A stretch of DNA of 64,000 nucleotides from Syntrophales bacterium (GTDB taxonomy: Bacteria; Desulfobacterota; Syntrophia; Syntrophales; UBA2210). The notes below the pieces were generated by a model. That model was given only the letters and a program-made list of their open reading frames with translations. It had not been told where the DNA came from and did not search any database. Of the stretch, positions 10,806 through 20,932 are shown one piece after another. Location: positions 2,304,001 to 2,368,000 of the forward strand of contig CAXXKT010000001.1 of assembly GCA_963662405.2 (NCBI GenBank). Reading direction: 5' to 3'. The position numbers were made by a program, and so were the translations under genes. How positions within the stretch are numbered: position 1 is the stretch's first letter; each line of letters opens with the position of its first letter.

Positions 10806-11785
10806 AAACGGCCGATACCCAGCCGTATATCGAGGGGGTACTCAGACACGACCGGCGTATGATCTCCAAGACCATTACCCTGATCGAGAGTGCGCTCCCC
10901 GAACACAAGAAGATGGCACGGCTGGTTATCGATCGACTCCTCCCCCACACGGGGAAGGCGATACGCCTCGGGATAACCGGGGTGCCGGGGGCGGGGAAGA
11001 GCACCTTTATTGAGTCCCTCGGGATGATGCTGGTGAAGAAGGGGCTCACCGTGGCCGTTCTCGCCGTCGATCCGAGCAGTGTGAGGAGCGGTGGGAGTGT
11101 CCTGGCGGACAAAACGAGAATGGAGCGGCTCTCCACCCAGGAAAACGCCTTTATCCGCCCCTCCCCCTCGGGGGGAACCCTCGGGGGCGTTGCGAGCAAG
11201 ACCAGAGAGACGATGCTCGTCTGTGAGGCCGCCGGATTCGATGTGATGATCATTGAGACGCTGGGCTCCGGACAGTCGGAGGTTGCCGTGGCCTCCATGG
11301 TCGATTTCTTTCTGATGCTGATGATCTCCGGGGCGGGGGACGAACTCCAGGGGATCAAGAAGGGTATCCTGGAGTTGACCGACGCGATCGCCATCAATAA
11401 GGCGGACGGCGACAACATACAGCGGGCGGCCTTTGCGCGCAGACAGTTCGAGACGGCACTCCATTTTTCGGCCCCCTCGTCCCCCAACTGGACCCCCCCC
11501 GTCTTGACCTGCAGTTCCCTGGAATCGACGGGGGTGGAGGCGATCTGGGAGGTTGTCCTCAAGCACCGAGAGAAGCTGATGGAGACCGGGGAGTTGGAGC
11601 TGAAACGTGAACAGCAGGCCTTAGACTGGATGTGGTTCCTGGTACGGGAGGGGCTCGCTGAGTGGTTTTATAGAAACCCCTACGTCAGGACGATGATCCC
11701 GAAGGTTGAGAGAGAGGTGGAAGTGGGGACGACCGCGCCGACCACTGCCGCGGATAAGCTGCTCTTCTTTCTGGAGGACAAGTGA
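10802..11785 (+). CDS. meaB: methylmalonyl-CoA mutase-associated GTPase
   Basis: [25 protein letters not shown]. Confidence 0.93.
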   Translation: MKTADTQPYIEGVLRHDRRMISKTITLIESALPEHKKMARLVIDRLLPHTGKAIRLGITGVPGAGKSTFIESLGMMLVKKGLTVAVLAVDPSSVRSGGSVLADKTRMERLSTQENAFIRPSPSGGTLGGVASKTRETMLVCEAAGFDVMIIETLGSGQSEVAVASMVDFFLMLMISGAGDELQGIKKGILELTDAIAINKADGDNIQRAAFARRQFETALHFSAPSSPNWTPPVLTCSSLESTGVEAIWEVVLKHREKLMETGELELKREQQALDWMWFLVREGLAEWFYRNPYVRTMIPKVEREVEVGTTAPTTAADKLLFFLEDK

Positions 11786-11831
11786 GTTTGTCCCTCCGAC
11801 TCGCACCGTAGGCGGAGAAAGGAACGATACG

Positions 11832-13601
11832 ATGATACCCTTCATAAAAATGGACGATTTCGGCAAGCCGTTGAAAGAGTCGCAACTCAAGAGGATGGAA
11901 CAAAACGTAGCCTTAGCGCAGGAAGTCATGCGCGGGATCGATGAGGAGGTCGAGAGGATCAAGGAAGTGGGAGTCCCGATCGAGAAGATCCACAAGTGCG
12001 GTGAGATGACCGTCTGGGAGCGGATCGAGTACTTGGCCGACCCCGGGACGTTCTGTCCCCTCCATACCATCTTCGATCCCGGCCATGAGGAGTCCGGGAG
12101 TACGGGTGTGGTCGACGGCCTTGCCCGGATCAACGGGCGGTGGTGCATGCTGATCGGGTTCAATAATAAGTGGATGGCCGGTGCCTGGATAGCCGGGCAG
12201 CCCGAGAACAACCTGCGGGCCACCGATATCGCAAAGATTATGAACCTGCCCCTCGTCTGGTTGGTGAACTGTTCCGGTGTCAAGCTGCCGGAGCAGGAGA
12301 AGATGTATGCCAACCGTCGCGGCCAGGGGACCTGCTTCTACCGTCACGCGGAGCTGGAAAAACTGGGTATCCCCGTCCTGGCGGGTATCTATGGGACCAA
12401 TCCGGCCGGAGGCGGGTATCAGGGAATCAGTCCTACCATCCTCTTGGCGCACAAGAACTGTAACATAGCGGTCGGCGGCGGCGGCATCGTCGGAGGGATG
12501 AGCCCTAAGGGATATTTCGACGAAGAGAGTGCTGAAGAGCTGATCTCGGCGACCCGCCATTTCAAGTCCGTTCCGCCGGGGAGTGTGAAGATCCACTATG
12601 ACGAAACGGGTTTCTTCCGGGCGGTTTTCGACGAGGAGACGCAGGTCCTGGATGCCCTCAAGGAATACATGGGCGGTCTTCCGGCGTACGATCCCCGCTT
12701 CTTCCGTCTTGCTCAGCCGGCCGAGCCCAAATATTCCCCGTCTGAATTACCGTACCTGGTGAGCATGAACCCGAAGGCGGGGTACGATTTCGACAACGTC
12801 CTTGCCCGCTTGGTCGACAACAGCCAGCACCTCGAATTCAGGCCGGGATATGGTCCGGAAGTCTACACGGGGCTTGTCATGATCGACGGGTTCCTGATGG
12901 GCGCCATCGGCAATCGCCAGGGTCTCCTTCCCAACTACCCCGAATACACGAATGAGTATATTGGTGTGGGGGGCAAGCTCTATCGCCAGGGTCTGATCAA
13001 GATGAATGAGTTTGTAACGCAATGCGGTCGTGACCGAATCCCGATTATCTGGTTCCAGGACACCTCCGGGATTGATGTGGGTGACACTGCGGAAAAGGCG
13101 GAGTTGCTCGGCCTGGGTCAGTCGCTGATCTATTCGGTGGAGCAGACCAATGTCCCCATGATGCTGGTGGTTTTGAGAAAGGGGACGGCGGCGGCCCACT
13201 ATGTCATGGGAGGCCCCACCGCCAACAACAACACGGCCTTTACCCTCGGCACTCCCAGTACCGAGATCAATGTGATGCACGGCGAGACGGCCGCCGCCGC
13301 GAGTTACTCGCGCAGGCTCGTCAAGGAGAAGGATGCGGGCCATTCGCTCGAGCCGGTGATTGAAAAGATGAATGAGATGGTCAAGCATTACCAGGAGACA
13401 TCACGGCCGGTGTACTGTGCGAAGGAAGGTATGGTGGATGAGATCGTGCGTTTCGAGGACATCCGCCGGTATCTGGTGGCATTTTCCAACGGTGTCTATC
13501 AGAACCCGCGATCGATATGCCCCCGCCACCACATGATGCTCCCGAGGCTAATTAAGTCTCAGATCGTTCGGGGACTTGACAGACCGGGGAAAGAAGAATA
13601 A
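11832..13601 (+). CDS. gcdA: glutaconyl-CoA decarboxylase alpha (carboxyltransferase) subunit
   Basis: GTNPAGGGY, GGKLYRQGLIKMNEFV, RKGTAAAHYVMGGP; ATG 11832 preferred over TTG 11706. Confidence 0.88.
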   Translation: MIPFIKMDDFGKPLKESQLKRMEQNVALAQEVMRGIDEEVERIKEVGVPIEKIHKCGEMTVWERIEYLADPGTFCPLHTIFDPGHEESGSTGVVDGLARINGRWCMLIGFNNKWMAGAWIAGQPENNLRATDIAKIMNLPLVWLVNCSGVKLPEQEKMYANRRGQGTCFYRHAELEKLGIPVLAGIYGTNPAGGGYQGISPTILLAHKNCNIAVGGGGIVGGMSPKGYFDEESAEELISATRHFKSVPPGSVKIHYDETGFFRAVFDEETQVLDALKEYMGGLPAYDPRFFRLAQPAEPKYSPSELPYLVSMNPKAGYDFDNVLARLVDNSQHLEFRPGYGPEVYTGLVMIDGFLMGAIGNRQGLLPNYPEYTNEYIGVGGKLYRQGLIKMNEFVTQCGRDRIPIIWFQDTSGIDVGDTAEKAELLGLGQSLIYSVEQTNVPMMLVVLRKGTAAAHYVMGGPTANNNTAFTLGTPSTEINVMHGETAAAASYSRRLVKEKDAGHSLEPVIEKMNEMVKHYQETSRPVYCAKEGMVDEIVRFEDIRRYLVAFSNGVYQNPRSICPRHHMMLPRLIKSQIVRGLDRPGKEE

Positions 13602-13661
13602 AAGCGTAGTTCAAACGCTTGGATATAGGGTATATAATCAAAGTAATGAGGAGGAATGGAA

Positions 13662-13877
13662 ATGAGCGTAGAAGTAACGGCCCCGATGCCGGGAAACATT
13701 GTTGAGATCGTGGTGAGTGTCGGCGATGCCGTCAGCGAGGGCGATGAGGTGATCATCCTCGAGGCGATGAAGATGGAGAACCCCATCTTTGCTCCGGCGG
13801 ACGGGACGGTCAAAGAGATCAAGGTCAAGGAAAAAGATGCCGTTGAGGCCGACCAGGTGTTGATGGTCTTGGAATAG
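13662..13877 (+). CDS. gcdC: biotin carboxyl carrier subunit
   Basis: EAMKM biotinylation motif; SD GAGGAGG upstream. Confidence 0.88.
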   Translation: MSVEVTAPMPGNIVEIVVSVGDAVSEGDEVIILEAMKMENPIFAPADGTVKEIKVKEKDAVEADQVLMVLE

Positions 13878-13885
13878 ACTGAGCC

Positions 13886-13923
13886 GGAGGGATAAGGGGG
13901 GTGTTTGTCTCTCTTATCCCTCC
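13886..13923 (+). terminator. strong intergenic hairpin
   Basis: ggagggataag ... cttatccctcc perfect 11-bp inverted repeat after gcdC; no clear U-tract. Confidence 0.5.
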
Positions 13924-13987
13924 TTCTGTCTGAACCCGGCAAACCGCCGGGGTACCGTTTATAGGGACGAGAGGAGTTTGAGCGGAC

Positions 13988-14122
13988 ATGATTGACTGGG
14001 CATTGGCGATTAAAACGGCCTGCGGCGGATTTGGCCTCGTATTCGGGATACTGGTGCTGCTGGGAATATCGGTGGAACTGACGCGGGTGATCACCGAGAA
14101 GATTGCCGGCGACAAGAAATAG
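13988..14122 (+). CDS. small membrane subunit of the Na+-translocating decarboxylase (OadG/GcdD-like), not in the ORF track
   Basis: Hand translation: MIDWALAIKTACGGFGLVFGILVLLGISVELTRVITEKIAGDKK (44 aa, one TM helix); SD GAGGAG; lies between the biotin carrier and beta subunit. Confidence 0.8.
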   Translation: MIDWALAIKTACGGFGLVFGILVLLGISVELTRVITEKIAGDKK

Positions 14123-14155
14123 ATGCAATGATATTTATATAGAGGAGGAACGGAA

Positions 14156-15502
14156 GTGCTATTTGGATTACTTGAAACCGGTTTCCCGTTGTTCTACTGG
14201 GGGAACGCCCTGATGATCGTAATCGGTCTGGGATTTATATATCTGGCGATTGCCAAGAAGATGGAACCGCTACTGCTGGTCCCGATCGGGTTCGGGATGA
14301 TACTGGTCAATCTTCCCCTCGGGGGAATGATGGACTACGAAATGATGCTGAAGGCACCACAGGCCGGTACGGTGATGGAGGTATCGATGCAGAAGGGGGA
14401 TGCCTTCGAGAAGGGCGGCCTTATCTATAAACTCGACTCGGGAGAGATAACGGCTCCCGTCTTTGGGAGGATCGACAGCCTGAAGGTGTCCAAGGGTCAG
14501 CGGATCGAGGAGGGGCAGGTAGTCGCTTCTCTCATAACGATGGAGCAGACCAACCAAGCGGAATATCGCACGCGCCCCGTGGGGCTCCTCTCTCGGATCT
14601 TCCAGTACGGTGTCATGTGGCAGATTCTTCCCCCCTTGATGTTCCTGTGTCTCGGTGCGTTGACCGATTTTGGCCCCATGCTCGCCAATCCCAAGACCCT
14701 ACTGCTCGGCGCTGCGGCCCAGTTCGGCGTTTACCTGGCATTCTTCCTGGCCCTGATTTTCGGATTCAGCATGACGGAGGCGGCATCCATCGGGATCATA
14801 GGGGGGGCCGAAGGGCCCACCACCATCTATGTCACCTCTCTCCTTGCACCGCACATCATAGGTGCCACCGCTGTCGCCTGTTATTCGTACATGGCGCTGG
14901 TCCCCATTATCCTTCCGCCCGTGATACGGCTTCTGACCACCAAGAAGGAGCGTCAGATCTACATGAAGCCGGCCCTCCGGAAGGTGTCGAAGCTTGAGAA
15001 GATCCTCTTCCCCCTGGTGACGACCGTTATCGTCATACTGATTGTTCCCTCCTCCGCGCCCCTGATGGGCTGCTTCATGGTGGGGAACCTGTTTAAGGAA
15101 TGCGGTGTTACGGATCGGCTCAACAAGACCGCCCAGACAACCTTTGTCGACATTATCACCATTTTCCTGACCCTGGCCATCGGGGCGTCGATGCCGGCGC
15201 AGAACTTCCTGCAGCCCCGGACGCTCCTGATCCTTGTCCTGGGAGTCGTCTCATTTGCCAGCGCGGCGGGGGCGGGGGTGATCCTTGCGAAGGTCATGAA
15301 CCTGTTCTTGAAGGAGAAGATCAACCCGATGATCGGCGCCGCCGGTGTCTCCGCCGTTCCCATGTCGGCGCGGGTCGTTCAGGTCATGGGCCAGAAGGAA
15401 AACAAGAAGAACTATCTTTTGATGCACGCCATGGGCCCGAATGTTGCCGGGGCGATCGGCGCGGCGATCGCGGGTGGTGTGTTCCTGGGTATCCTGAGGT
15501 AG
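14156..15502 (+). CDS. gcdB: Na+-translocating decarboxylase beta subunit with an inserted biotinyl/lipoyl-like domain
   Basis: EPLLLVPIGFG, TDFGP, GIIGGAEGPT, SAVPM, HAMGPNVAG. Confidence 0.9.
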   Translation: MLFGLLETGFPLFYWGNALMIVIGLGFIYLAIAKKMEPLLLVPIGFGMILVNLPLGGMMDYEMMLKAPQAGTVMEVSMQKGDAFEKGGLIYKLDSGEITAPVFGRIDSLKVSKGQRIEEGQVVASLITMEQTNQAEYRTRPVGLLSRIFQYGVMWQILPPLMFLCLGALTDFGPMLANPKTLLLGAAAQFGVYLAFFLALIFGFSMTEAASIGIIGGAEGPTTIYVTSLLAPHIIGATAVACYSYMALVPIILPPVIRLLTTKKERQIYMKPALRKVSKLEKILFPLVTTVIVILIVPSSAPLMGCFMVGNLFKECGVTDRLNKTAQTTFVDIITIFLTLAIGASMPAQNFLQPRTLLILVLGVVSFASAAGAGVILAKVMNLFLKEKINPMIGAAGVSAVPMSARVVQVMGQKENKKNYLLMHAMGPNVAGAIGAAIAGGVFLGILR

Positions 15503-15544
15503 AGAAGACATGGGCCGCGTGAAAGCGGCACTCAGCATAAGCCT

Positions 15545-15982
15545 ATGAAGAAGCCTGTCGGCAGAATAAGTGGGGAGAGACTGCTTTATGTGGTCCTCCC
15601 CCTTTTTTTCTATCTGCTTCTGATCTTTGTCCTTTCATCGATTTCCCGTTATCCGAAAGAGATTTCCTGGGTCTTCAGTCTTGACAAATTCATCCACTCA
15701 ATCGAATATTTCCTGTTGGGATACTTGTGGATGCGGGTCCTGGTTACCTCACCGTATCGTTTCTTCTCGGGGAGTCCCGTTGTCTTAACATGTATCTTCG
15801 GGACGTTATATGCTATGAGTGATGAGTGGCACCAATCTTTTGTACCCGGACGATACGCATCAGGATTCGATCTCCTGTTTGATATTTCCGGAGTATTCCT
15901 GGCCGCTGTTACCTACCGGTTAATCCGATACAGGGTCGGGTGGATTCGAACCATAGAAGACAGAATCAAGGGGGGAAGATAA
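15545..15982 (+). CDS. VanZ-family membrane protein
   Basis: DKFIH...Y and DEWHQSFVPGR motifs. Confidence 0.85.
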   Translation: MKKPVGRISGERLLYVVLPLFFYLLLIFVLSSISRYPKEISWVFSLDKFIHSIEYFLLGYLWMRVLVTSPYRFFSGSPVVLTCIFGTLYAMSDEWHQSFVPGRYASGFDLLFDISGVFLAAVTYRLIRYRVGWIRTIEDRIKGGR

Positions 15983-16665
15983 TGGAAAAACGATTGGTTA
16001 TTACGGTTGACGGTCCGGCGGGCTCCGGCAAGAGCACCGTCAGCAGGATGATTGCGGAAGAGATATCATATATGTATCTGGATACCGGTCTCCTCTACCG
16101 GGCGGTCGCGTGGCGTACGATGCAACTCGGCATATCTCTGAGCGATGATACGGCCGTGAGGAAGGCGTGTGAGGATGTCTCGGTTCCCCTCGATACGAAC
16201 GGATCGATGAAGGTCGAGGTGGAGGGACAAGATGTCTCGAAATATCTCAGGACCGAAGAGATCGGGATGATCGCCTCTTCGGTATCCGCGATCCCCACCG
16301 TGCGGGAGGCCCTCCTCCCCCTGCAGAGACGTGCCGGGCGGCACGGTGGGATTGTCGCCGAGGGCAGAGATATGGGGACAGTGGTATTCCCCGATGCCGA
16401 TGTAAAGTTTTTTCTTGACGCCAAGGTCGAGGAACGGGCACGGCGTCGTTACCTTCAGCTGACAGAGAACGGAGGAAATGCCGACTGGGACGAGGTGAAG
16501 CGGGGACTGTTGGTGAGGGATCATCAGGATAGGTCCCGAGAAATCGCCCCCCTGAGACCGGCACACAATTCGGTCGTTCTCGATACAACCGACATCGGCA
16601 TCGAAGAGGTTGTCGGAATGATGATAAAGAGTGTCACGGAACGTGCCCGTGCAGAAACATCCTGA
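15982..16665 (+). CDS. cmk: cytidylate kinase
   Basis: DGPAGSGKSTV, LDTGLLYR, EGRDMGTVVFPDA. Confidence 0.95.
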   Translation: MEKRLVITVDGPAGSGKSTVSRMIAEEISYMYLDTGLLYRAVAWRTMQLGISLSDDTAVRKACEDVSVPLDTNGSMKVEVEGQDVSKYLRTEEIGMIASSVSAIPTVREALLPLQRRAGRHGGIVAEGRDMGTVVFPDADVKFFLDAKVEERARRRYLQLTENGGNADWDEVKRGLLVRDHQDRSREIAPLRPAHNSVVLDTTDIGIEEVVGMMIKSVTERARAETS

Positions 16666-16807
16666 GGTGTATGAGAACCCTGACCTGAGATACAATTATC
16701 CCCCTTGCCGTAAAAAGTGCTTGAAAAAGGCCGTTGATAATTGCTAAGAACCCCCTACTGATTACAATTGGGAATTCTTGCTGTCAGAGGGGGGGTAACA
16801 GTACCGA

Positions 16808-18289
16808 ATGGAAACCATTGTATCCGTCAAGCCGCTGCTCGCTATCATCGTTTCGCTCTGTGGTTCGCTTCTTATTGTCGTCTGTGGCAGGAAACCCAAC
16901 CTGAGAGAAGGGTGCTCCCTGACAATCGCACTGATCAAATTCGGCATCGTTCTTTCCATGCTGCCGGCGGTCCTTGCCGGAAAGAGGCTTGCCTTTACCC
17001 TGGTTGATGTCCTCCCCGGGGTGGGGATTGCCTTCCGGGTCGATTCGTTTGGCCTTCTCTTCGCGTTGGTGGCATCTTCCCTGTGGATCGTTACGACCAT
17101 CTATTCCATCGGCTATATGCGGCCGCTGAAGGAACACGCGCAGACGAGGTACTTTACCTTTTTCGCCCTGGCCCTCTCGTCGGCCGTCGGTGTTGCATTT
17201 TCCGCCAATCTCCTCACCTTGTACATGTTTTACGAGATGCTGTCGCTCTCGACCTATTCCCTGGTAACTCACCACCAGGATGCCGAGGCACGGTTTGCCG
17301 GACGAAAGTATCTGACCTATCTGATGGGGACGTCTATCGCCTTTTTCCTCCCGGCGATGATCATTACGTACTGGTATGCGGGGACCCTCGATTTTGCGAA
17401 CCAGGGTATCCTGGCGGGGAAAGCGGGGGGGGCGATGCTGACCCTTGTCTTCGTCCTTTTCATAGCGGGGATCGGAAAGGCAGCCATTATGCCCATTCAT
17501 TCATGGCTTCCTTCCGCCATGGTGGCGCCGACACCGGTCAGCGCCCTTCTGCACGCGGTCGCGGTTGTCAAGGTGGGGGTCTTTTCCGTCCTGAGGGTCT
17601 GCTTCCATATCTTCGGGATCGATCTGATGCATGCGCTCTCCCTGGATGTCTTTCTCCTCTATTTGATATCAGTGACCATCATTGTCGGCTCGCTTTTCGC
17701 CCTGAGACAGGATGATCTGAAGGCACGACTTGCCTATTCGACAGTCAGCCAGCTTTCCTATATCGTTATGGCCGGAGGGTTGCTGAGCGTCATGGGGATG
17801 ACGGGAGGGGTGATTCACATCGTCATGCACGCCTTCGGCAAAATCACCCTCTTCTTTTGCGCCGGTGCCATCATCTCCCATACCGGCTTCAAGAAGATCA
17901 GCGAGATGAAGGGGATCGGAAAGATGATGCCCGTTACCATGACGGCCTTCTTCTTCGGGTCGCTGAGCGTCATCGGTATTCCTCCGATGGGCGGCTTCAT
18001 CAGTAAGTGGTACCTCGCCTTGGGGTGTATCGAGGCGGGGCAGATCCCGATACTGGTGGTGATCCTGACCAGTTCGCTCTTGAATGCAGCCTACTTTCTG
18101 CCGATAACGTATGATGCCTTTTTCTCACAGGGCTCCAACTTTGATGCCTCGACCCGCATGAATGAAGCACATATCTGTGCGGTCATTCCGCCCGTTTTGA
18201 CCGCTGCTGCCTCCTTTATGTTGTTTGTCCGGCCGGGATTCCTTCTTGAACTGGCGCGGATGACCGCGAAGGCCGTCATGGGCGGATAG
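16808..18289 (+). CDS. Mrp/Mnh antiporter MrpD-like (NuoL/M/N family) subunit
   Basis: HSWLPSAMVAPTPVSALLH, LAYSTVSQL, GFISKWYL. Confidence 0.88.
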   Translation: METIVSVKPLLAIIVSLCGSLLIVVCGRKPNLREGCSLTIALIKFGIVLSMLPAVLAGKRLAFTLVDVLPGVGIAFRVDSFGLLFALVASSLWIVTTIYSIGYMRPLKEHAQTRYFTFFALALSSAVGVAFSANLLTLYMFYEMLSLSTYSLVTHHQDAEARFAGRKYLTYLMGTSIAFFLPAMIITYWYAGTLDFANQGILAGKAGGAMLTLVFVLFIAGIGKAAIMPIHSWLPSAMVAPTPVSALLHAVAVVKVGVFSVLRVCFHIFGIDLMHALSLDVFLLYLISVTIIVGSLFALRQDDLKARLAYSTVSQLSYIVMAGGLLSVMGMTGGVIHIVMHAFGKITLFFCAGAIISHTGFKKISEMKGIGKMMPVTMTAFFFGSLSVIGIPPMGGFISKWYLALGCIEAGQIPILVVILTSSLLNAAYFLPITYDAFFSQGSNFDASTRMNEAHICAVIPPVLTAAASFMLFVRPGFLLELARMTAKAVMGG

Positions 18290-18338
18290 GATGATTCGTA
18301 CCATTTCCCTCCCCCCGTGGGGATAGAGGACAGCGATC

Positions 18339-20798
18339 ATGCCGGAGACCCGGAAAGACGAGCGCATGTGGACGAAGGCCAAGACCTTCGAAATGGTGAA
18401 GATCTTTTTTCTCCTTATCGTTATCCCCATGGTCTTGATGGCCGTTCTCGTGTTCAATGGTACCTCCCTGAATGGAAACCTGGTGACGAAGCAGGAAGCG
18501 GTGTCTCAGTCGGCAACCGGGGTAGCTTCTGTGGGCGAACCGGATGTGCCGCAGGGCGATCGGAGTGCCTGGTACCGAGTTGTTGTTCTCATCCTCACTC
18601 TTTCCGTTATCCTTCTCCTTTTGATAGCGGCGCTCCTCTCAAGGGGCATTTCCCGACAGTATCGGGTTATCGCCGAAGAGCGCGCTCGCCGTATTGAGAT
18701 GGTTGAGCGGGAATACCAGGAGAAAGAATGGACCCTCCTCCAGATCGTCCAGGGGAGTACCATCCCCACTTTTGTCATAGACAAAAACCACGTTATTACC
18801 CGATGGAACACGGCCCTTGAACGGCTCACCGGATATACGGCCGACGAGATGATCGGGACAAAGAAACACTGGCAGGCCTTCTACACGGGGGAGAAGCCGA
18901 TCATGGCGGACCTGATCGTCGATAATGTGAGCGAGGAAGAGATAAAGAAATATTACGGTGCCCGGGGACGCCGGTCCCCTTTTATTGAAGGGGCATTCGA
19001 GGCGGAAGACTTTTACCCACAGATGGGTGAGAACGGGAGGTGGATCTATTTCACGGCGGCCCCGATACGGGATCCCGACGGGAACATCTCCGGCGCGATC
19101 GAGACCTGTTGGGATCGGACCGATTCCAAGCTGCTGTACGATGAGCGCGAGAAGCATCTCAGGCACCTCTCGGTCTTGTGGAACGTAACGTCGATCCTGA
19201 GTTCCACGCTTGATCCCTTTGAGCGTGTCCGTGTTGCCGGAGTCGGTATCTTCAAGAATGTCGAAGATATTGATAGTCTCGGTGTCTATCTGCGGAGGAA
19301 GAGAGGCTCTTTTCGTGTCACGCATTCCTTCGGGTACAGCCAGGAGATTTATCAAGAGGGAAGCGCCGGGGGGTATGACGGCATCGTTGATCAAGTGGCG
19401 AAAGTAAACAAAATCATGTATTTTGAAGATGTCTCCGCCGACAACACCCCCTGCAAGGAGTTCCTGGATGAGGGGTTGAAGTCCGTTGCGTACCTCCCTC
19501 TTGCCTCCAAGGAGAATGTCTTCGGTGTCATGAGGGCATCAAGCCACACATCACCCCGTTTTTCGGCCGAAGATAAAAACCTCTTCCCCGTGATTACCAA
19601 CCATGTTGCCTTGGCGATTGAGAATGCTCGGCTTCACTATGAGGCGGAGAAGTTCAGCCACGATCTGGAACGAAAGGTCAAGGAGAAGACACGGGAACTG
19701 AAGGAATCGTATCGGGAGCTGAAAAAATCAGAAGAAAACTATCGAGCCATGTTCGATGCCGATCCCAGTCCCATTATCATCGTTGACCGGGAGACCTTCA
19801 AGATACTCGATGTAAATGCAACGGCCGTCGAGTGCTACGGATATTCGAAGGATGAGTTTGTGGGGAGGTCCTTCGAATCCCTGGGGGCCAACATTGACCA
19901 AGAGGTCCTGGAAGGGCTTGAGACGATCTCTTCCAATCAGTCGGCATTCTATTCCCGGAGGCTCTACCGGCGAAAGGACAGGTCTTCTTTCTATGTCAAC
20001 CTCCACGTCAGCGCGGTCATGTCTATGGGAAGGGATTCTTTGATCGTGGTGACTCCCGATGTCAGCGAGAGTGTGGAAAAGGAGACTCAGTTGATACAAG
20101 CCAGTAAGATGGCCACCTTGGGGACCATGGCATCAGGGATCGCCCACGAGATCACTCAGCCTCTGAATGTGATCCAGGTCGCCTCCGATTTCCTGGTAAA
20201 GACCATAACGCGCAATGGAGAGATCAGGAAAGATGACATCATCACCGTGGCCGGTCAGATCGAGAAAAATGTTCAGCGGGCGGCCCAGACCATTAAACAT
20301 ATGAAAGACTTTGTCAGGAAATCGGATGTCAAGGGCGATAAAATCGATATCAATAGTCCCATTAGGGATATCTTCAAGATCCTCGGACAACAGTTGAAGG
20401 TTCACGGAATAGGTGTTGAACTGAACCTTGCGGAGGACCTCCCCCCGATCTTTGCCGATCACAACCGTTTGGAGCAGGTCTTTATGAATCTGGTTACCAA
20501 CGCCAGAGATGCCCTGGATGAAAGCACTAACCGCGATGATAAGATGATTACGATCACGTCTTTTCTGGAAAAGGACCTGGTGGTGATCACGATGTCCGAT
20601 AACGGGATCGGTATGCCTGAAAACGTGAAGGATAAGATGTTCGAACCCTTTTTTACCACGAAACGGCCGGGGGAAGGGACGGGTTTGGGACTGAGCATCA
20701 GCTACGGTATCGTCACCGAGTACGGCGGTACCATCTCGGTAGAGAGCGAAGCGGGGAGGGGGACGGTATTCCGATTGACTTTCCCTGTGGCTGCCTGA
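18339..20798 (+). CDS. membrane PAS-GAF-PAS sensor histidine kinase
   Basis: Two TM helices, PAS/GAF regions, GIAHEITQPL H-box, EPFFTTK, GTGLGL. Confidence 0.9.
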   Translation: MPETRKDERMWTKAKTFEMVKIFFLLIVIPMVLMAVLVFNGTSLNGNLVTKQEAVSQSATGVASVGEPDVPQGDRSAWYRVVVLILTLSVILLLLIAALLSRGISRQYRVIAEERARRIEMVEREYQEKEWTLLQIVQGSTIPTFVIDKNHVITRWNTALERLTGYTADEMIGTKKHWQAFYTGEKPIMADLIVDNVSEEEIKKYYGARGRRSPFIEGAFEAEDFYPQMGENGRWIYFTAAPIRDPDGNISGAIETCWDRTDSKLLYDEREKHLRHLSVLWNVTSILSSTLDPFERVRVAGVGIFKNVEDIDSLGVYLRRKRGSFRVTHSFGYSQEIYQEGSAGGYDGIVDQVAKVNKIMYFEDVSADNTPCKEFLDEGLKSVAYLPLASKENVFGVMRASSHTSPRFSAEDKNLFPVITNHVALAIENARLHYEAEKFSHDLERKVKEKTRELKESYRELKKSEENYRAMFDADPSPIIIVDRETFKILDVNATAVECYGYSKDEFVGRSFESLGANIDQEVLEGLETISSNQSAFYSRRLYRRKDRSSFYVNLHVSAVMSMGRDSLIVVTPDVSESVEKETQLIQASKMATLGTMASGIAHEITQPLNVIQVASDFLVKTITRNGEIRKDDIITVAGQIEKNVQRAAQTIKHMKDFVRKSDVKGDKIDINSPIRDIFKILGQQLKVHGIGVELNLAEDLPPIFADHNRLEQVFMNLVTNARDALDESTNRDDKMITITSFLEKDLVVITMSDNGIGMPENVKDKMFEPFFTTKRPGEGTGLGLSISYGIVTEYGGTISVESEAGRGTVFRLTFPVAA

Positions 20799-20932
20799 TT
20801 TTTCTCCGGCAAGGATCCTTGATCGAAGAAACGGGATATGTTCCCCAGTTTCAATAGCTTTTGCGTCTGATATGAGGACATATGTGATAGATCTTATCTT
20901 TACAGCGATGGTTGGTGGGTTGAGAGAGTGCC

